Part shown: piece after piece, positions 58,762 to 64,000 of the stretch
Numbering within the stretch: the stretch's first letter is position 1
Layout: the number at the start of each line of letters is the position of its first letter
NCBI GenBank assembly: GCA_016176285.1
Contig: JACOXM010000001.1
Coordinates: forward strand, 5,812 to 69,811
Reading direction: 5' to 3'
Length of the DNA stretch: 64,000 nt
Source: Candidatus Giovannonibacteria bacterium
GTDB taxonomy: Bacteria; Patescibacteriota; Minisyncoccia; JACPKW01; UBA11713
Made by a program: the position numbers and the translations under genes
The notes under the pieces: model-generated
What the model was told of the DNA's origin: nothing
The model's input: the letters and a program-made list of their open reading frames with translations, nothing else
Database searches by the model: none

Positions 58762-60141
58762 ATGAGGCTGCCTTCGGTGTTTTATATTTCTGCAGTATTT
58801 TTTTTATTGTTCTCGCCTTCAATATCCAAATCCCAGACAGATGGTGCGGAAGAAAGCTGCTTTGATTATTATAAATTCCAGTCGGTTACTATAGATCTTC
58901 ATACGGATAAGTCCGCATATAAAGCAGGAGAAGGGGCAAAATTTGTGGGGTCTGTTACCAATACTAATAGTTACCCTCTTGTCGGAGGTTCTTTGATTTT
59001 GCGCGTGAGTAAATTTGACCCTCGTTCAAACGTAGGTAATGACATTATTGACGAATGGACAGCAATCGATGATATAAATTTGCTCGCTGGAGAGAAAAAA
59101 TCTGTTGAAATTCCATATCAGCTTTCTTCAGGTCTTTCGACGGGCACATATGTTTTGACATCTTATTTTGTAACGCAGGGTAAATTCAATCTTGCCGGGC
59201 TTTCTTTTTCGGATGATATTCACGGAGGATACGCAAATTTTTCAGTTGAAGGAAAAAGCGAGAAGACGGTAAAATTTGACAGGAATGGCGTGAAAATAAA
59301 TAACGAGCCTTATCGTATCTTCGGCCTTATTCCAAGATTTTTCACGGAAGATGCTAAAGCTCTGAAAATTTCAGTTCCTCTAAAAAACGAAACCGCCTCA
59401 GATTTGAGCGCGTCCATTGAATATTCTCTTTATTACTGGGACGCGGCGAACAAAAAAAATCTAGTAAAAGAATGGACAAGCGCGGTCGAGATTAAAAAAA
59501 ATTCGTCAAAAGAGCTTTTTGCCGATATTGATGTTGTGGAGAAAACCGTCTATTTCTTGAAAATTAAGGCTACCTTTGGAGATAAAATTTCGGAAATTCA
59601 TGTCAGAATTGCTAAAATCGGTTTCAGGCCCAGGCTTAATTTTATTGGAGTGAACCAGTTTCCATTAACCGGCGAGGAAGGCGCTAGGATGTTCGTTTGT
59701 TATCACAATACAACCGAGCTTTCGGATCCTGCGGCACGTCGTACATTGCAAAGAGATTCTAATGGCAAGATTATTCCTCCAGCATCAGAGACGCGAAACG
59801 GCAAACTCGAACTTATGCTTAAAAATTTTTCGGGCAGAGTTTTATCCAATGCAGTTTTTGAAGGGGGAATTTCCGGCGACGTGGAAGTTTTCGCGAAAGA
59901 TTTGAAAAATCGTTTGGATAATTTTGTAATTTCGGCAAAGCTTTATGATGACAAAGGAAATGTCGTAGATGAAGCGGACGTAGTTTATGATTGTTCAAAA
60001 TTCAGTGAAAATATATGTTCCGAGACTTCGATAAACTATTATTATTTTGGTGCGGGATTTTTGATTTTGGTACTGGCTGTTTATTTGGCCACAGTGCATT
60101 ACAAGAGAAATGAAAAAATTAATGAACCTGCGAAGACATAA
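58762..60141 (+). CDS. Secreted hypothetical protein with signal peptide and C-terminal TM anchor
   Basis: MRLPSVFYISAVFFLLFSPSISKSQ signal peptide. C-terminal YYYFGAGFLILVLAVYLATVHYKRNEK. Confidence 0.45.
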   Translation: MRLPSVFYISAVFFLLFSPSISKSQTDGAEESCFDYYKFQSVTIDLHTDKSAYKAGEGAKFVGSVTNTNSYPLVGGSLILRVSKFDPRSNVGNDIIDEWTAIDDINLLAGEKKSVEIPYQLSSGLSTGTYVLTSYFVTQGKFNLAGLSFSDDIHGGYANFSVEGKSEKTVKFDRNGVKINNEPYRIFGLIPRFFTEDAKALKISVPLKNETASDLSASIEYSLYYWDAANKKNLVKEWTSAVEIKKNSSKELFADIDVVEKTVYFLKIKATFGDKISEIHVRIAKIGFRPRLNFIGVNQFPLTGEEGARMFVCYHNTTELSDPAARRTLQRDSNGKIIPPASETRNGKLELMLKNFSGRVLSNAVFEGGISGDVEVFAKDLKNRLDNFVISAKLYDDKGNVVDEADVVYDCSKFSENICSETSINYYYFGAGFLILVLAVYLATVHYKRNEKINEPAKT

Positions 60142-62407
60142 ACACATATTTTTAAAATTTCTTTTTCTTGCTGGAATTTTCCTGCTTGCAAGTTCTTTTG
60201 AAAATAAATTTTCGGAGGAAACCAAAGCCGCATCAACTCCGGGCCAGCAAACCAGCGGTAATATATTAGTGAGCTGGGTTAAGCCAGTTAGTACTTATTG
60301 GGGAACGCCGGTTTCAATAATGCTAGATGTTTATAGGATTAATAGCGGAAATACGACAGTTATTTATACCGGAGAAGTAAGCAGGCAATCAGGTGCGCTA
60401 GTTCAGGCATCAGATGTACTAAATCCTGGTGATGTCGTTACTTTAAAACTGATAGAAACCGCTTCATATTTTGAGACGGGTACGGTTACCGACACGCCTT
60501 CCTCGCCGTGGGTTGATAATGTCGCGCAGATGAGTCCAGATGCCCGTATGAGTTATATAGGATTTACCAATATCCCATTTTTAGATTTTAATGGAAATTT
60601 CCATACTTTTCATCACAAACAAACAGACTATGAATTTTCTCCAACAGACCGAGCATACGTTAATTTATGTCCCGTGGTCCATCAAGTCTACCTCGGAAGC
60701 CAATATGTAGATTACGCTTGTATTCGAGCCGGAGTGCATCAGCCGGCCGTTAATATCAGCCCAACAGATATGAGTTGTGGTTCTTTTGGAACGCCTACCG
60801 ATATTGCCGAAGGTGTTCGTGAACTTACTACAACTTGCACGATAGGAAATTCCTTAACAGCTTCGTTAAATTTAGACATAGCGGCTACGAAAATTTATCA
60901 GCCGGCAAACTGGGCGCCTTGGGGGATATTCAATAATCCTCCTTATTATACATTTGAGGGATATTATCTGTTTTCCGAGCAGCCGGTTGCGGCCGCCACT
61001 CTATCTTGGACTTTTGATGTTGCTTCAGTGCCGCCTCCGCCGACTTTAACTTTTACCGGAAGTCCAACCACGATCAATCAAGGGCAGAGTTCTATACTTG
61101 AATGGTCAACGACAAATGTTAATCCGAACGGATGCACTAAATCCAATGGGTGGACAGGGGCAGGTGTTTCGGAAAATGGGTCGGAGATTGTTTCGCCATT
61201 ATCGACAACGACATATCATCTTGATTGTTCGGGCCCAGGTGGAACCACGAGCGGGGAAGTTAGAATTACTGTTAACCCGCCGCCATTGCCTTCTTGTCCG
61301 CTTTTGCCGCAGGTTGGAAGGACGATTAAAGATTTTACTCCATACAACAAGGTTAGATCCTGTGATTCGACCCAGAGCTGGTGTTTGATAAATCCAAGCG
61401 ATTCATTTACTCTTAGTCCTCCTTTGCCTGCGGGTTTCTACAACGTAACCCTTGTATCCTATGATCAACATTCAATTTACGGAGGAGAGAATCAGCCGAA
61501 AGAACAATATTATTTGAAATTATTTAATTCATTAGGCTCGCTTGTAGCGCAAACTAATTCCACTTTGGATATTCCCCAAACATCTGATTACAACGATTAT
61601 AATAATTCCGCCAACAATACTTTTAATCTCAATATTCCCCAAGCTATCTCATCGGTCGAGGCCTGGCATTCGGCTTATGTTGATAACGATGATCTTAACG
61701 GCAGTCCGCATAGTATTTACCCTGTTTGCGCGTCATTCGAACCAGTGGTTGCTCCCTTATCAGTTTCCTGTTCAGCAAGTCCCAGCACAATCAACACCGG
61801 AGAATCAACCACTTGGACTGCGACAGTAACAGGGGGCGCCGGGAGTCCTACTTTTTCATGGTCCGGAACCAATGGATTATCTGGTACAAGCCAAACAGTT
61901 ATAAAAACATATAATTCCGCAGGAACTAAAAATGCAGAGGTCAGGGTAACTTCGGGAACCGAAATTGAGACTGCGTCATGTTCATTAACAGTTAATACGC
62001 CACAACCTGATTACAATATTCTTTCCTCGCCTTCTTCGATGTTTGTCAATATAAAAGGATCCGGAGGGAATGCTAACTCCAGCAAGATAAAAATTACTAT
62101 TGACCCGAATGTAAATCCGTTAATAAGTTTTTCAAAAAAAATTGATCTTTCGTTGGAAAGCATCATTTCCAACATTACTGGCCTGCCATTGGCTGGCGTT
62201 AGCCCAAATTTTTCCCCCAATAACAGTTTGACTTCGTCGGAATATTCAACCGGTGCTGATTTCTGGCTTACGGTTCCAAGCAATGCTGAACCTGGAGTTT
62301 ACACGGTAAACATTAAGGGCGAAAATCCTGACCTGCCCCCGCGTTATAATCAACAGTTAATAACTTTAAGTATTGATATACTTGAACCGAACTTTAAAGA
62401 GGAGTAG
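60110..62407 (+). CDS. Large secreted protein with repeated Ig/PKD-like domains and C-terminal ...FKEE domain
   Basis: 765 aa. Signal peptide. Two ~80 aa repeats (SPTTINQGQS...W..T...SC.LTVN). C-terminal domain ending LEPNFKEE. Confidence 0.45.
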   Translation: MKKLMNLRRHKHIFLKFLFLAGIFLLASSFENKFSEETKAASTPGQQTSGNILVSWVKPVSTYWGTPVSIMLDVYRINSGNTTVIYTGEVSRQSGALVQASDVLNPGDVVTLKLIETASYFETGTVTDTPSSPWVDNVAQMSPDARMSYIGFTNIPFLDFNGNFHTFHHKQTDYEFSPTDRAYVNLCPVVHQVYLGSQYVDYACIRAGVHQPAVNISPTDMSCGSFGTPTDIAEGVRELTTTCTIGNSLTASLNLDIAATKIYQPANWAPWGIFNNPPYYTFEGYYLFSEQPVAAATLSWTFDVASVPPPPTLTFTGSPTTINQGQSSILEWSTTNVNPNGCTKSNGWTGAGVSENGSEIVSPLSTTTYHLDCSGPGGTTSGEVRITVNPPPLPSCPLLPQVGRTIKDFTPYNKVRSCDSTQSWCLINPSDSFTLSPPLPAGFYNVTLVSYDQHSIYGGENQPKEQYYLKLFNSLGSLVAQTNSTLDIPQTSDYNDYNNSANNTFNLNIPQAISSVEAWHSAYVDNDDLNGSPHSIYPVCASFEPVVAPLSVSCSASPSTINTGESTTWTATVTGGAGSPTFSWSGTNGLSGTSQTVIKTYNSAGTKNAEVRVTSGTEIETASCSLTVNTPQPDYNILSSPSSMFVNIKGSGGNANSSKIKITIDPNVNPLISFSKKIDLSLESIISNITGLPLAGVSPNFSPNNSLTSSEYSTGADFWLTVPSNAEPGVYTVNIKGENPDLPPRYNQQLITLSIDILEPNFKEE

Positions 62408-62428
62408 GTATGTGATAAAGTAACTCAC

Positions 62429-63169
62429 ATGGAAAATAACGAGGAAAATCAAGAAAAAATCGATAAGCAGGAAGAAAAAAACACGTTTCTTATACCCGCA
62501 AGCATAATTTTCGCGGGGATGCTAATTGCGTTCTCGATTTATTACACGAACGGCGCTCCGGCGCTCCGGAATAATCAGGAAGCTTCTGGGGGCGGATCAG
62601 TGGCTGAAAATAAAATCAGACAAGTTGATTCAAGTGACCATCAATTTGGAAGTCCGGAAGCAGAAATAAAATTGGTTGAATATTCGGACTTGGAGTGTCC
62701 ATTTTGTAAAATATTTCACGAGACCCTCAAAAAAATAATGTCGGAATACGGAAATAACGGAAAAGTCGTATGGGTTTACAGGCATTTTCCACTGGAGCAG
62801 ATACATCCAAAAGCCCAAAAGGAGGCAGAAGCTTCAGAATGCGCGGCGGAACTTGGCGGCAACGAGGCATTTTGGGCTTATATTGATAAAGTTTTCAACA
62901 TCACCCCATCGAATAATAAATTAGACCCTCTAAAACTTCCGATAATAGCCGAAGAAATTGGATTAGATAAAGCCAAATTTGAATCGTGTTTGTCTTCGGG
63001 TAAATGGAAAGAGAGAGTTAATTCCGACTACAGGGACGCGGTTAGTGCGGGCGGAGATGGCACTCCTTTTACTGTACTTATAACAAGATCAGGCAAAAAT
63101 ATTCCTTTTTCGGGAGCGCTTCCTTACGATGACGTAAAGTCTATTATAGACAAGGCTTTAGCTGAATAA
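62429..63169 (+). CDS. DsbA-like thiol:disulfide oxidoreductase (thioredoxin fold), membrane anchored
   Basis: N-terminal TM. CPFCK active site within a thioredoxin-like context. 246 aa. Confidence 0.75.
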   Translation: MENNEENQEKIDKQEEKNTFLIPASIIFAGMLIAFSIYYTNGAPALRNNQEASGGGSVAENKIRQVDSSDHQFGSPEAEIKLVEYSDLECPFCKIFHETLKKIMSEYGNNGKVVWVYRHFPLEQIHPKAQKEAEASECAAELGGNEAFWAYIDKVFNITPSNNKLDPLKLPIIAEEIGLDKAKFESCLSSGKWKERVNSDYRDAVSAGGDGTPFTVLITRSGKNIPFSGALPYDDVKSIIDKALAE

Positions 63170-63178
63170 ATTATTTAA

Positions 63179-63355
63179 ATGCCAACTTGCGACGAATGCG
63201 GACACTATCATAAGGAGGTCTGTAAGTGCGGTTGTAGGCAAATTGTCTGCCATTATTGCTGGCACCAGCATGGGAAAAAATATAAAGATGGCCGCTGCCA
63301 GTTTTGCGGGTGCACTAAATTGATTATTCACAAAGAAAACGGAAAGCCGAAATAG
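63179..63355 (+). CDS. Small cysteine-rich protein (58 aa, 10 Cys), not in the ORF track
   Basis: MPTCDECGHYHKEVCKCGCRQIVCHYCWHQHGKKYKDGRCQFCGCTKLIIHKENGKPK. Sits between the dsbA-like gene and trxB. Confidence 0.4.
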   Translation: MPTCDECGHYHKEVCKCGCRQIVCHYCWHQHGKKYKDGRCQFCGCTKLIIHKENGKPK

Positions 63356-63377
63356 GCGATATGGTACAATTATTTCC

Positions 63378-64000
63378 ATGTTATACGACGTAATTATTAT
63401 TGGCGGGGGACCTGCAGGGTGTTCCGCGGCGATTTATTCCGCAAGGAAAAAACTAAAAACTCTTTTAATAACGGAATCTTTCGGGGGACAATCAATTGTT
63501 TCCGATGATATACAGAATTGGATTGGCGAAGAGCACATATCCGGTTTTGATTTGGCGAAAAAATTTGAAAATCATGTCCGTGCTTTTTCGGACGTTATAG
63601 ATATTAAAATTCCGGAGAGAGTGGTTGAAATCAGTTCGAAAAAATGTTTAGTGTCCGAGGCCGGCCGAATATGCGATTTCGAGGTAGGGACGGATAAAGG
63701 CAATTCATACGAGGGGAAAAGTATAATTTTGGCGGCGGGCGCTAGGAGGAAAAAATTAAATATTCCAGGCGAGGAAAAATTTGAAGGCAAGGGTGTTGTG
63801 TATTGCTCGACTTGCGACGCGCCTCTTTTTTCCGGGAAAAAAGTAATTGTTGTCGGGGGCGGAAATTCGGGGCTTGAGGCTGTGGTTGACCTTTTTCCTT
63901 ATGCAAGCGAGATTTATCTTCTTCACAGAGGGGATACATTGAAGGGCGATCCGGTTGAACAGGAGGAAATTAAGAAAAACGCGAAGCTTAAAGAAATTAT
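63378..64000 (+). CDS. trxB: Thioredoxin-disulfide reductase (FAD/NAD(P)-dependent), 3' end outside the window
   Basis: YDVIIIGGGPAGCSAAIY FAD motif. Redox-active CSTCDAP. VIVVGGGNSGLEA NAD(P) motif. No stop before the window end. Confidence 0.8.
   Translation, partial: MLYDVIIIGGGPAGCSAAIYSARKKLKTLLITESFGGQSIVSDDIQNWIGEEHISGFDLAKKFENHVRAFSDVIDIKIPERVVEISSKKCLVSEAGRICDFEVGTDKGNSYEGKSIILAAGARRKKLNIPGEEKFEGKGVVYCSTCDAPLFSGKKVIVVGGGNSGLEAVVDLFPYASEIYLLHRGDTLKGDPVEQEEIKKNAKLKEI

Overview
The window reads as a gene-dense, moderately low-GC stretch whose content resembles a Candidate Phyla Radiation (Patescibacteria/Parcubacteria-like) genome. That taxonomic call is inference from gene content only. 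Cluster-level novelty and Pfam-style family names rest on motif recognition; no searches were run. The ends of the window are conserved housekeeping and cell-envelope genes. The middle and the distal third carry several accessory regions.

Main blocks, in order:
- 1-8013: a complete type IV pilus cluster with pilB (5' end outside the window), a CheY-like receiver, pilT, pilC, two major-pilin paralogs, pilD and four pseudopilins.
- 8113-15283: ligA, two tandem paralogous cysteine-rich ~590 aa proteins of unknown family, then gatC and gatA.
- 15520-19470: a mosaic island holding a frameshifted, N-terminally truncated deoxyhypusine-synthase-like pseudogene, an atypical initiator-like tRNA(CAU), a small GIY-YIG nuclease gene flanked by a 26-bp direct repeat that duplicates the tRNA 5' end, a secreted coiled-coil protein, an HTH plus LAGLIDADG-like ORF that reads into tRNA-Met(CAU), and tRNA-Asp.
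- 19469-26876: pheS, a NUDIX gene, pheT, gyrB, then secE-nusG-rplK.
- 26879-31488: a thymidylate module with a long-form dCTP-deaminase-like gene, tmk, a tandem-domain ThyX-like gene and a DHFR-HIT fusion.
- 31589-44497: secDF, rpoBC behind a consensus sigma70-like promoter, ftsK and recA.
- 47433-56771, the most interesting region: a thiazole/oxazole-type RiPP (TOMM-like) biosynthetic cluster. It contains a YcaO cyclodehydratase, a SagB-type dehydrogenase, two PaaK/F390-synthetase-like adenylating enzymes, a PLP-dependent decarboxylase and a methyltransferase-like protein. Its precursor peptide has a Gly/Ser/Cys/Asp-rich core reminiscent of microcin B17.
- 57597-64000: three large secreted proteins, then a DsbA-like protein, a 58 aa protein with 10 cysteines, and the 5' part of trxB.

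No CRISPR array or rRNA gene was seen.
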